A stretch of 64,000 nt of DNA from an uncultured Armatimonadetes bacterium (GTDB lineage: Bacteria > Armatimonadota > Armatimonadia > Armatimonadales > Capsulimonadaceae): the NCBI GenBank assembly GCA_963835235.1, contig CAWIET010000003.1, positions 182,960 to 246,959 of the forward strand, in the 5' to 3' direction. Below are positions 46,631 to 54,876 of this stretch, piece after piece; the stretch's first letter is position 1, and each line of letters starts with the position of its first letter. The notes under the pieces are model-generated. The model had not been told where the DNA came from. It ran no database searches and worked only from the letters and a program-made list of their open reading frames with translations. Position numbers and translations under genes: made by a program.

Positions 46631-47811
46631 CGTGTCACGCACAAATGGGCGCTCTCGCCCGGCAAGTCTTGAAACTGCTTGAGGAGAAGCCGCGCGTCGC
46701 CTGCCGTCGCTTTCAGCGCCGCGACGATGCGTTCCGCCGCACGCCCATCGCCATACGGGTTTTGCAGGCCGCTCAGCGCGGTGCGGAACGCGGGTTCCAG
46801 GGCTTGCCGGATTGCGGCGGCAATCGCCTGCGCCTGAACCTCTGCCTGAATGACGTTTGCGGCGCGCAGGCGGCCCTGCTGGCGCGCTCCGATGTTGACC
46901 ACTGGCAGCCGGAACGTAGGCGCTTCCCAGATGCCGCTGGAAGAATTGCCCACCATGACATCCGCCTGCGCCAGCAGGCTGTAGTAACGGTGCTGGCCCA
47001 GACTGTGAAAAAAGGCCGCGCCGCTGCGCCCCCGCACGTAGGCTTGAATGCGTTCCGTGATGCGCTCGTAGTCGGCATCGGCATTGGGAGCCGTGAAAAT
47101 CAAAGTGCCTTCTACCATGTCCAGCGCGGCAAAAAGCGGCTCCATTTGCTGCGCCGGGCTATCCTCGCCCAGCGTGGCCGGGTGGTGCGTGACGAGCAGC
47201 ACCGGCGGCGCAAGAGACAGTCCTAATGCTTCGCTGAGCTGCGGGCGCGTCAGCAGGGGCTGGCTGCGGAGCGCGTCCAGAGCCGGGTCGCCGGTGACAA
47301 AGATGCGCCGGGTCTCCTCGCCCATCTGCTCCAGACGGCGCGCGTGCTGGGGCATCGCCACAAAGTGCAGATGGCTCATTTTGGAAACAGCGTGGCGCAC
47401 TTGATTGTCAATCGCGCCTTCGGTCACGTCCCCGCCGGAGATGTGGGCGACGGGAACGCGCAAGGCCAGCGCCGCGCCCGCTGCCGCCAGCAGTTCCAGG
47501 CGGTCGCCCACGCACAGCAGCACGTCTTGACCCCAGCGCGCCAGAATGGGAGCAAGATGGCTCATGCCCTGCCCGACCGCCTGCACGATGGCCTCCGGCG
47601 TGTCGGAAGCCAGCGGCATCGGCACCCTGTCATGGATGGCGAATCCATCGTCTTCAATCTGCCGCACTGTGCTGCCGAACGCGGGCAACAGATGCGCTCC
47701 ACCCACCAAGAGGCGATAATCCATCTCCAGGTCAGCCGCAATCGCCTTCAAGACAGGCGCGAGGCTGCTGTAGTCGGAGCGCGCGAAGGTGACCACGCCG
47801 ATGCGCCTCAT
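46627..47811 (-). CDS. neuC: hydrolysing UDP/GDP-N-acetylhexosamine 2-epimerase (NeuC/LegG type)
   Basis: MRRIGVVTFARSDYSSLAPVLKAI and VAHISGGDVTEGAIDNQVRHAVSKMSHLHF. Confidence 0.85.
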   Translation of the reverse strand: MRRIGVVTFARSDYSSLAPVLKAIAADLEMDYRLLVGGAHLLPAFGSTVRQIEDDGFAIHDRVPMPLASDTPEAIVQAVGQGMSHLAPILARWGQDVLLCVGDRLELLAAAGAALALRVPVAHISGGDVTEGAIDNQVRHAVSKMSHLHFVAMPQHARRLEQMGEETRRIFVTGDPALDALRSQPLLTRPQLSEALGLSLAPPVLLVTHHPATLGEDSPAQQMEPLFAALDMVEGTLIFTAPNADADYERITERIQAYVRGRSGAAFFHSLGQHRYYSLLAQADVMVGNSSSGIWEAPTFRLPVVNIGARQQGRLRAANVIQAEVQAQAIAAAIRQALEPAFRTALSGLQNPYGDGRAAERIVAALKATAGDARLLLKQFQDLPGESAHLCVTR

Positions 47812-47859
47812 CGCAGGGCGTCTTTCATTGCAGGGCGTCTTTCATTGCAGGGCGTCCCA
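47808..47859. repeat. 17-bp unit repeated three times at the neuB stop / neuC start junction
   Basis: TCAT[C/T]GCAGGGCGTCTT at 47808, 47825 and 47842. Each copy carries the reverse complement of ATGA. Confidence 0.9.
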
Positions 47860-48891
47860 GGTGAGCACGGCTTCCGCTTCCAGCGCCATCCGCACCTGGC
47901 GGCCCACGAGGACAGGGAGCCAGGAGGCGGGCAGCCCGCCTTCCGCGCGGCGCAGCATGAGGTCTGTCGCTTGAAGCCGCTCGCCCGCTCGCAGGGGCCG
48001 CCGGGTGACAATGACTTTCTGCACCACCTGCCTTGTTTCCCGTTCTGACGGCATGGCTCGCTTGATGCCGTTGCCGAGCGCGGCTTCCACCGTGCGAACG
48101 GCAGTCACGAGCGCGGCAAAACCGTCCGGCTCCAGCGACGCGCGGTGATCCGGCCCCGGCATCTGCCGACTCAGGGTGAGGTGCTTCTCCAAGATGCATG
48201 CTCCCCGCGCCGCCGCCGCCAGGGAAACTTCCAGGCCAAGCGTGTGGTCGGAAAAGCCGACCGGGCAGCCAAACGCCGCTGCCAGCGTGTCCAGCGCGCG
48301 CAGGTTGCATTCCGACGGCGGGGCGGGATACGCTGAGACGCAATGAAGCAGCGCGAAGCGCGGATTGCCCGCCAGCGCGCCGACGGCGGCTTCCACTTCG
48401 CCCAACCCCGCCATGCCGGTGGACAGGATGACGGGGCGGCCTTTGGCGGCGACGTGGCGCAGAAAAGGCAGATTGGTCAGTTCCCCTGACCCAAGCTTGA
48501 AGGCAGGCACATGGAGGCTCTCCAGAAAGTCCGCGCTGTCTTCCTCGTCGGGTGTGGACAGGAACAGAATCCCCTGTTCCTGCGCGAACGCCTGTACCTG
48601 CCGGAACTCGTCATGGCTCAGTTCCAGTTCTTTCAGAAGGGCAAACTGCGTGTCAGGGCTTCCCGCGCTGCGGCTCTGATAGGCCGCCGTCGGTGCGGAG
48701 CGCGTCACCAGCTTCTCGGTCACCCAGGTCTGGAACTTGGCGGCATCCGCGCCCGCCGCCCGCGCCGCCGCCACAAGACGCAGGGCGGTTTCCACGTCGC
48801 CGTTGTGATTGACCCCGGCCTCAGCGATGATGAAGCAGGGCTGCCCCGGCCCGACCAGCCGCCCGCCGATTTCCAGTGGGGCTGCTACCAT
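47842..48891 (-). CDS. neuB: nonulosonic acid synthase (NeuB/LegI type) with a C-terminal SAF domain
   Basis: PCFIIAEAGVNHNGDVETALRLVAAARAAGADAAKFQTW and GFSDHTLG. Confidence 0.9.
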   Translation of the reverse strand: MVAAPLEIGGRLVGPGQPCFIIAEAGVNHNGDVETALRLVAAARAAGADAAKFQTWVTEKLVTRSAPTAAYQSRSAGSPDTQFALLKELELSHDEFRQVQAFAQEQGILFLSTPDEEDSADFLESLHVPAFKLGSGELTNLPFLRHVAAKGRPVILSTGMAGLGEVEAAVGALAGNPRFALLHCVSAYPAPPSECNLRALDTLAAAFGCPVGFSDHTLGLEVSLAAAARGACILEKHLTLSRQMPGPDHRASLEPDGFAALVTAVRTVEAALGNGIKRAMPSERETRQVVQKVIVTRRPLRAGERLQATDLMLRRAEGGLPASWLPVLVGRQVRMALEAEAVLTWDALQ

Positions 48892-49685
48892 GCCGTCCAG
48901 CCCCCATCTACTACCAAATTGTGCCCGGTGACATAGGCCGAAAGGTCGCTGGCAAGGAACGCGACCGCGCCTTTCAGGTCCTGTTCCGCCGCCATGCGCC
49001 CCAGCGGCGTCCGCCGCTCGTATTCGCGCACAAACGGCTCTGGCTGGCCGCGCCAGACGCCGCCCGGCGAGATGGCATTGACCCGGATGCTTGGAGCCAG
49101 CGTGGCCGCAAGATAACGGGCCATCTGGATTTGTCCGGCTTTGGACGCCCCGTAGCCCGCCTCATTGGTCATCGCCGTGCCCGCGTACAGGCGCATATCC
49201 GGCCCCACCAGCCCGTAAATGGAGGAAAACAGAATGACCGAGCCGTCCCCGCCGCGCGCCAGAGCGCTCTGCGCCTCCTGAATGAGCGCGAGAATGGGTG
49301 TCAGGTCAACCCGCATCGCCTTCACCCAAGCGTCCGGCGTCTGCTGCGCGAACGGAACCGACCAGCCGGGCGCGTCGGCGTCCGTGTAGGTGGCGCAGTG
49401 GACAAGAATGTTTAGCCCGCCCATTTCTGTGATGGCCTCGCGCACGGCGGCGCGCGTGGCGTGCTCATTTGCCAGATTTACCGTCAGCGGCCAGGCGCGT
49501 CCTGGCCCTGTTTGCGAGAGCCGCGCGGCGCGTTCGGCGCAGGCGTCCGGGTTCTGGTCAGCGACGGCGACGATTGCACCCATCTCGGTCAGCGCCTCGC
49601 CTGCCGCCAGCCCGATATGGCCCGCGCCTCCCGTGATGAGAGCGGCGCGGCCCGATAAGTCCATCAACTGCGTCAAAGTTTTCAT
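48885..49685 (-). CDS. short-chain dehydrogenase/reductase (PtmA-like position)
   Basis: ALITGGAGHIGLA and the YGASKAG catalytic motif. Confidence 0.8.
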   Translation of the reverse strand: MKTLTQLMDLSGRAALITGGAGHIGLAAGEALTEMGAIVAVADQNPDACAERAARLSQTGPGRAWPLTVNLANEHATRAAVREAITEMGGLNILVHCATYTDADAPGWSVPFAQQTPDAWVKAMRVDLTPILALIQEAQSALARGGDGSVILFSSIYGLVGPDMRLYAGTAMTNEAGYGASKAGQIQMARYLAATLAPSIRVNAISPGGVWRGQPEPFVREYERRTPLGRMAAEQDLKGAVAFLASDLSAYVTGHNLVVDGGWTAW

Positions 49686-49688
49686 GGG

Positions 49689-50402
49689 CTATGGCAGCCA
49701 GGGCAGGGAAAGAAGGCCCGCCCGGATGAGCAAGTCGGTTCTCTGGAACTCATCCATGGTGTCAATGTGAATGGCACGGCGCTCTGGAATGGGATGCAGC
49801 AGCATCTTGCGGTGACGCCAGACAACGCCGTCTTCCGCAAACAGCGCCCGCCGCCAGAGGTACAGCGACGCATTGATGCGGTACACCGTCGGCACGTCCT
49901 GACGCCGCCCGTACTGCTCCGCGCCGGGCAATAAATCCTGCATCCAGCCGTCCCGCTCTACGACGCAGTGCCACAGCGGGTTGAACTCCGGCTCGGAGAC
50001 GCCCACAATGCCCTCGGCTGCCGGGCTGGCGGCCAGCCGCGCGGCGGCGGCGGCGATGTCTTCCGGCAGGCGGCCCGGACTGGTAGGGTCAAGCAGCAGC
50101 ACGCTCGCGTAGGCACGAGCGTCGCGCTGTTCCATTTCATGGAGCGCGTGCTGCAGAACGGGCCACATGGGCGTGTCGTCCTGCGCCAGCGCCGCAGGGC
50201 GCAGAAAGGGAATGTCAGCCCCGGCGTCGCGGGCGACTTCTGCAATGGCCTCCGAGTCGGTGGACACAATCAGCCGGTCAATCTCCGAGCACCTCTGCGC
50301 GCACCGGACGGAGTGCGCGAGAAGCGGCAGGCCCGCCAGCGGGCGAATGTTCTTGCCGGGCAGCCCTTTGGAGCCGCTGCGCGCGGGAATAATCGCCAGC
50401 AT
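49689..50402 (-). CDS. neuA: CMP-nonulosonic acid synthetase (acylneuraminate cytidylyltransferase, NeuA/LegF type)
   Basis: MLAIIPARSGSKGLPGKNIRPLAGLPLL. The ORF-track N-terminal extension (Arg/Pro/Gly-rich) was discarded. Confidence 0.85.
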   Translation of the reverse strand: MLAIIPARSGSKGLPGKNIRPLAGLPLLAHSVRCAQRCSEIDRLIVSTDSEAIAEVARDAGADIPFLRPAALAQDDTPMWPVLQHALHEMEQRDARAYASVLLLDPTSPGRLPEDIAAAAARLAASPAAEGIVGVSEPEFNPLWHCVVERDGWMQDLLPGAEQYGRRQDVPTVYRINASLYLWRRALFAEDGVVWRHRKMLLHPIPERRAIHIDTMDEFQRTDLLIRAGLLSLPWLP

Positions 50403-50425
50403 CGGGCGCACGGAGAAGGCAGCGT

Positions 50426-51421
50426 CTAGCAACGCGCCACGCTTTCCCCGCCTTCTAGCGGTTCCCATTGCCTCGTCTGCGACGAGCGGCGCGCGGCATC
50501 GCAGACAGCGACGGCGTTCACGCCGTCGGCAAAGCGGGCCAGCGAACCGGCGCTTCCTCCCGCGCAGGCGGACAGAAACGCGCGGGCCTGCTCGCGGAAC
50601 AGCGCGTCCGGCTCGAAGCGCGTTTCCCGGTGCTTGGCGGGCAGGCCAGGCTTTTTCAGCCGCACCGTGTGCCCGATAGCGTCCCAGCACAGCGTCCCCT
50701 GCGCGCCGAAGGCGGTCATGCGGCGCACCGGCACGCGCGCCAGATAATCCAGCGCCAGCGAAACCCGCGGGCCGCCCGGCGCGTTCCACCACAGGGCGGC
50801 CTGGTCTTCGGAGGCAATCTCCAGTCGTCCGCTTCGGGCCAGCCATCCGCTGAGATGCTCCGGCACGCCCCACAGCCAGCAGGCGTAGTCAATCTCGTGC
50901 GATAAGTCGCGCAGGACGCCGCCTTCGTCGGGGCGCGCGGCATAGGTGTCCTGATACGGGCGCTGGGGACGCCAATCAGGGAGAAACGAACGGCATTGAA
51001 TGTCCACCCCGTGCGTGGCTCCAATCTGGGGCAGCAATTCGCGGAACGCGCCGAGGCCCGCATCAAAGCGCAGACAATAGCCGACAAACAGGCGGTTCGC
51101 GTCCGCGCGGGTGCCTGGCACGAACCGGGCGATGTCGCACAGGGACGGCGCGAGGGGCTTTTCTATCAACACGAACGGCACGCCCCGCGCCAGCGCGTCC
51201 GCCAGGTCAGACAAATGGCGGCCCGTGTCGGTGGCGATGACAGCCCCATCCAGCGGCCCCGCGTCGGCAAGGCTGGCCGCTGCTGCAACGCCCTGTTCGC
51301 AAAGTTCCGCGCGGCGGGCGGGGCGGCAGGGAACGGCAACGGCCTCCACGCCGGGAAACGCGGCAAACGCGCGCAGGTGGCGCATCCCCGCAGAGCCGCA
51401 GCCGACAACCGCTATCCGCAT
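50426..51421 (-). CDS. Gfo/Idh/MocA-family oxidoreductase (PtmF-like position)
   Basis: MRIAVVGCGSAGMRHLRAF and VLIEKPL. Confidence 0.75.
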   Translation of the reverse strand: MRIAVVGCGSAGMRHLRAFAAFPGVEAVAVPCRPARRAELCEQGVAAAASLADAGPLDGAVIATDTGRHLSDLADALARGVPFVLIEKPLAPSLCDIARFVPGTRADANRLFVGYCLRFDAGLGAFRELLPQIGATHGVDIQCRSFLPDWRPQRPYQDTYAARPDEGGVLRDLSHEIDYACWLWGVPEHLSGWLARSGRLEIASEDQAALWWNAPGGPRVSLALDYLARVPVRRMTAFGAQGTLCWDAIGHTVRLKKPGLPAKHRETRFEPDALFREQARAFLSACAGGSAGSLARFADGVNAVAVCDAARRSSQTRQWEPLEGGESVARC

Positions 51422-51434
51422 AAACTCGCCTGCC

Positions 51435-52397
51435 TCACACTTTCCCTTGCGCGGACATCTGCCATGTCTGCCGCCACACGGCGCGGAACAATCGGGCCTG
51501 CTCGCGAGCAGCGGGGCGGGTGAGGGCAAGCAGGCTCCACGCTGTAAGCCGCAGGCCCGCGCCGAGCAGGGTCATGGCTTTCAAGAGCGTTCCCTGCACG
51601 CGGCCTCCATAGCGGGTGTAGTAGTAATAGCGGCTCTGATTGTAACTCGCCACCATGCGCGCGCGCGTTTTCCAATCCCGCCCGCTGCTTTCGCCCAGAC
51701 GGTGCCCGATGCGCGCAGACGGCAGAAAGTAAATCGGCCAGCCCGCGCGCCGCAGGCGGATGCAGAAGTCGGTGTCCTCAAAGTACATGAAGTAGGCGGG
51801 GTCAAAGCCCCCGACTTGCTGCCAGGCGTCCCGGCGCACGAACAGGCACGCGCCGCACACCTGCTCCACTTCCCGCGTCTCATTGTAATCCCAGTGGGTC
51901 ATGGTGTAGCCGCCCGTTATCTTGTTGCGCGGCAAGAGTTTGTGCAGATGGGTCTGCTCCCAGAATACAGCGCCTAAAGTCGGGTCGGTGGCGCAGGACG
52001 CCTGCGTGGAGCCATCGGGCAACACTAATTGCGCCCCGACCGCGCCGACTTTCGGGTGCGCGTCCAGAAAGTCGCGCATGGCCAACAACGCTCCCGGCTG
52101 CACTTCCGTGTCGGAGTTGAGCACAAAGACATATCGCCCGCGCGCGTTTTGCAGCGCCACATTGTTGGCGCGCCCGTAGCCCAGATTGCCGCCCGTGCGA
52201 AGCAGGCGCACCCCGCTGAACTCCGCTTCCACCATCTCCGGGCTGCCGTCCGCGCTGCCGTTATCGGCCACGGTAACTTCCATCACGGCTTCGCCTTCGG
52301 CGCGGCGGGCTTCCAGCGAGCGCAGGCAGGCGCGCAGAGCGTCACACGTATTATACGACACAATCGCGATGGAAATCTCCACGTTGGGGTCGTTCAT
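51435..52397 (-). CDS. GT2-family glycosyltransferase
   Basis: ISIAIVSYNTCDALRACLRSL, VADNGSADGS and FMYFEDTDFCIR. Confidence 0.85.
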   Translation of the reverse strand: MNDPNVEISIAIVSYNTCDALRACLRSLEARRAEGEAVMEVTVADNGSADGSPEMVEAEFSGVRLLRTGGNLGYGRANNVALQNARGRYVFVLNSDTEVQPGALLAMRDFLDAHPKVGAVGAQLVLPDGSTQASCATDPTLGAVFWEQTHLHKLLPRNKITGGYTMTHWDYNETREVEQVCGACLFVRRDAWQQVGGFDPAYFMYFEDTDFCIRLRRAGWPIYFLPSARIGHRLGESSGRDWKTRARMVASYNQSRYYYYTRYGGRVQGTLLKAMTLLGAGLRLTAWSLLALTRPAAREQARLFRAVWRQTWQMSAQGKV

Positions 52398-53185
52398 GTG
52401 GGGACGCCCTCTTGTTGACGCGCGTGGAATGTCTCGCGGTAAGCGTCCAGAACGCTTTCCATTGGGCCGTTCATTACCAATCGCCCTTTATCCAGCCAGA
52501 GGACACGCCGGGCGAGCCGCTCCACATGGTCAAGTTCATGCGTCACCATCAGCACGGCTTTGCCCTGCGCCTGAAACTCGCCCACTTTGGCAAAGCACTT
52601 CTCCTGAAAGCCCTCGTCGCCGACGGCCAGCCCTTCGTCCACCAGCAGGATTTCGGCGTCCAGGTGCGCGGCTATGGAGAAGCCCAGACGCAGCTGCATT
52701 CCCGATGAATACATACGAACGGGCAAATCCATCACCTGCGGGTCTAATTCGGCAAAGGCGAGAATGGCATCGTAGCGCGACGCCACCTGCTCCTCGGTCA
52801 GCCCTAATATCACCCCATTGAAGAACACGTTCTGCGTGCCGGTCAGTTCCGCGTCAAACCCGGCCCCCAGTTCCAGCAGGCTCATCATGCGTCCGGTCAA
52901 ACGCGCCTCGCCCGCTGTGGGCCGGTACACGCGGGACAAAATGGAGAGCAGCGTGCTTTTGCCGGAGCCGTTGCGGCCAATGAGCGCGACGGTTTCCCCC
53001 CGTGCCACCTGAAAACTCACGTTGTCCAGGGCGCGGCGGGTCTCAAAGCCGCTTACCTGCTCGCGGCGGGCCAGCCCGCGCGCCAGAGCCGCCGCATGGC
53101 TTTTGAGCGACGCGAACGTGCGGTGGTACACCCGGAACTCTTTGCACAGGCCCTGCACGTCAATGGCGGGCGTTGTGTCCCCCAT
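52394..53185 (-). CDS. polysaccharide ABC exporter ATP-binding protein (Wzt/TagH type, short form)
   Basis: Walker A GRNGSGKSTLL, signature YSSGMQLRLGFS and Walker B ILLVDEGL. No C-terminal carbohydrate-binding extension. Confidence 0.85.
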   Translation of the reverse strand: MGDTTPAIDVQGLCKEFRVYHRTFASLKSHAAALARGLARREQVSGFETRRALDNVSFQVARGETVALIGRNGSGKSTLLSILSRVYRPTAGEARLTGRMMSLLELGAGFDAELTGTQNVFFNGVILGLTEEQVASRYDAILAFAELDPQVMDLPVRMYSSGMQLRLGFSIAAHLDAEILLVDEGLAVGDEGFQEKCFAKVGEFQAQGKAVLMVTHELDHVERLARRVLWLDKGRLVMNGPMESVLDAYRETFHARQQEGVPT

Positions 53186-53190
53186 TGTGC

Positions 53191-54111
53191 TTATGGCCTT
53201 TCCGTGAACTTCCATTTGCGGGAATTGAAATAGGCGTACCCCGCCAGGCACAGCGCGATGCATTCTATGGTCGTCAGCAGAAAGTAGCGGTAGTCAAAGG
53301 CCGCGCTCATCACCGTGACCGCCGCGCCCCGGTTGGAGATCACGGCCTGTGGGAAGAACACCTGCTTGAACGCGGTCACAATCCACGCCAGTGGGTTCGC
53401 CAGGTACAGGTGATACGCCCACCAGCGCACCATCTCGCTGCCGATGCGCGCGGAATAATAGACGTTTTCCGCGAAGTAGATGATGGGCGTGAGATAAAAC
53501 AGGAAGCCCATGACAATGGTGACAATGAACTTGACATCTTCATAGAAGACGTTGGCGGCGGACACGAAGAACGCCACCCCTAGCGTCAGCATAAAGAGGT
53601 CAAGCACAATCACCGGCAGCCAGAAAATCTCGCGGGGTGGCGCACCTGGCCAGCCGACAAGAAGCGGCGTCAATCCCCAGCGGTACAGCACGAAGACAAC
53701 CAGCGAGATAAGAAACTGCGCGAAGTTCTGGCAGACGGTGGCGATGAGCGGGATTTCGCGGGGAAAATAGACTTTCTTGAGCAGCCCCAGTTTGGCGAGC
53801 ACCGCTGTGGACGAATCCAGCACCGACGTGGAAAAGAAAGTCCAGGGCAGCGTGGCGCAGAAGATGTACGCGCTCAGGTTCTTCGGCCCTGACCCCAGAA
53901 TGTAGCCGACCGCCAGCGTCAGCACGAACACCTGAATGAGCGGGTTCACCATTGTCCAGGCGACGCCTAGCACAGAGTTCTTGTACCGGACGCGCAGGTC
54001 GCGCTCCACCAGCGTGCGGATCAGATGGCGGAAGCGTCCCAGTTCCCGCGCTTCTTCCACCATCCCCAGCCCGCCGTACTGCGGGGTAATCACCACCGAC
54101 GCCGTTGTCAT
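53191..54111 (-). CDS. ABC-2 type polysaccharide exporter permease (Wzm/TagG type)
   Basis: Six hydrophobic segments. FRHLIRTLVERDLRVRYKNSVLGVAWTMVNPL is the typical ABC-2 N-terminal motif. Confidence 0.85.
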   Translation of the reverse strand: MTTASVVITPQYGGLGMVEEARELGRFRHLIRTLVERDLRVRYKNSVLGVAWTMVNPLIQVFVLTLAVGYILGSGPKNLSAYIFCATLPWTFFSTSVLDSSTAVLAKLGLLKKVYFPREIPLIATVCQNFAQFLISLVVFVLYRWGLTPLLVGWPGAPPREIFWLPVIVLDLFMLTLGVAFFVSAANVFYEDVKFIVTIVMGFLFYLTPIIYFAENVYYSARIGSEMVRWWAYHLYLANPLAWIVTAFKQVFFPQAVISNRGAAVTVMSAAFDYRYFLLTTIECIALCLAGYAYFNSRKWKFTERP

Positions 54112-54188
54112 GGAAACTCGTTTCGTTCGTATTTGTGCTTGCCGCGCGGCATCGGTCATGCCGTATCAAGCAGCGGGCGCGCTCTGCG

Positions 54189-54414
54189 TTACAGGGCAGC
54201 CACCTGCACGTCGCCAAGGGCTTCTTCCACGCTGTCATACTGGAAGGGCGTGACGCCAAACTGCCCCAGCGCGTCCATGACGGCAACGCCTGTTAGCCAT
54301 CTCTGCTCCCTGCCCCTGAGTGAGCAGTTGCGCGTCAAACACGGCGATGGCGAGGCGCAGGCGCTTGTCGGCGGGCAGGACGGTAACAGGGAGCGTGTCC
54401 AGTGTCAGAGTCAT
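54189..54414 (-). pseudogene. UPF0175-like small protein (antitoxin-fold), reading frame broken near 54296-54299
   Basis: Hand translation gives MTLTLDTLPVTVLPADKRLRLAIAVFDAQLLTQGQGAEM in one frame, then LTGVAVMDALGQFGVTPFQYDSVEEALGDVQVAAL in another. Together they resemble UPF0175 proteins (...LAIALY..GKLSLGKAAELAGMS..EF.DLLG..GI...Y). Confidence 0.4.
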
Positions 54415-54432
54415 GGCTGCCTCCTGGCGGCG

Positions 54433-54669
54433 CTACGCTTCCGTGCCGACAGCGGCGGGCACGCTATCCTCCGCCAGAATGTCGGACGCGCGTGCTGGTT
54501 CCAGCAGCTTCAAGAGTTCCGTGCGGGGGATGAGCACCTTGCGCTTGCCCGCAATGCGAAACGCATTCAGCTTGCCCTGACGAATGTAGGAGCGGATGCT
54601 GGACTGGCTGAGCTGAAGGTACTGGGCCGCCTGATCCACAGTCAGCAAATCTCGGTTTTCGGACTCCAT
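54433..54669 (-). CDS. excisionase-family (MerR-like) helix-turn-helix DNA-binding protein
   Basis: LLTVDQAAQYLQLSQSSIRSYIRQGKLNAFRIAGKRKVLIPRTEL. Confidence 0.7.
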   Translation of the reverse strand: MESENRDLLTVDQAAQYLQLSQSSIRSYIRQGKLNAFRIAGKRKVLIPRTELLKLLEPARASDILAEDSVPAAVGTEA

Positions 54670-54763
54670 CCGGGCGTGGTCTCTTTCTCGTGCTCCCGCG
54701 CGTCGCTCTGGGACGGACGCTCGCGGGGGCCGGTGATGCGCGTTGGCGTTATGATGTCCTCAC

Positions 54764-54792
54764 AGTATAGCCTAATTGTCAACCGTTGTCAA
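54764..54792 (-). promoter_or_regulatory. near-consensus sigma70 promoter heading the minus-strand glycan gene block
   Basis: The minus strand reads TTGACA-ACGGTTGACAATTAGGC(17 nt)-TATACT, about 95 nt upstream of the HTH gene ATG. A second TTGACA lies inside the spacer. Confidence 0.5.
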
Positions 54793-54824
54793 CAAACAAC
54801 GAACGGGCGGTGCGCGTCCGGCGA

Positions 54825-54860
54825 TAAAAAAGGCGCAGGGCTATTTCTAGCCCTGCGCCT
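54825..54860 (-). terminator. rho-independent terminator downstream of the His-rich secreted protein gene
   Basis: The minus strand reads GGCGCAGGGCTAGAAATAGCCCTGCGCC followed by TTTTTTAT. Confidence 0.75.
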
Positions 54861-54876
54861 GCGGACAGCGAACACG

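Noticed and set aside
49689-50873. 394-aa form of the NeuA ORF, and similar long N-terminal extensions of 28864-29469, 29342-29749, 24989-25735 and 50426-51529
   Set aside because: The extensions are Arg/Pro/Gly/Ala-rich and overlap the upstream genes. Homology starts at internal ATGs that sit at or just after the upstream stop codons, so the starts were trimmed.
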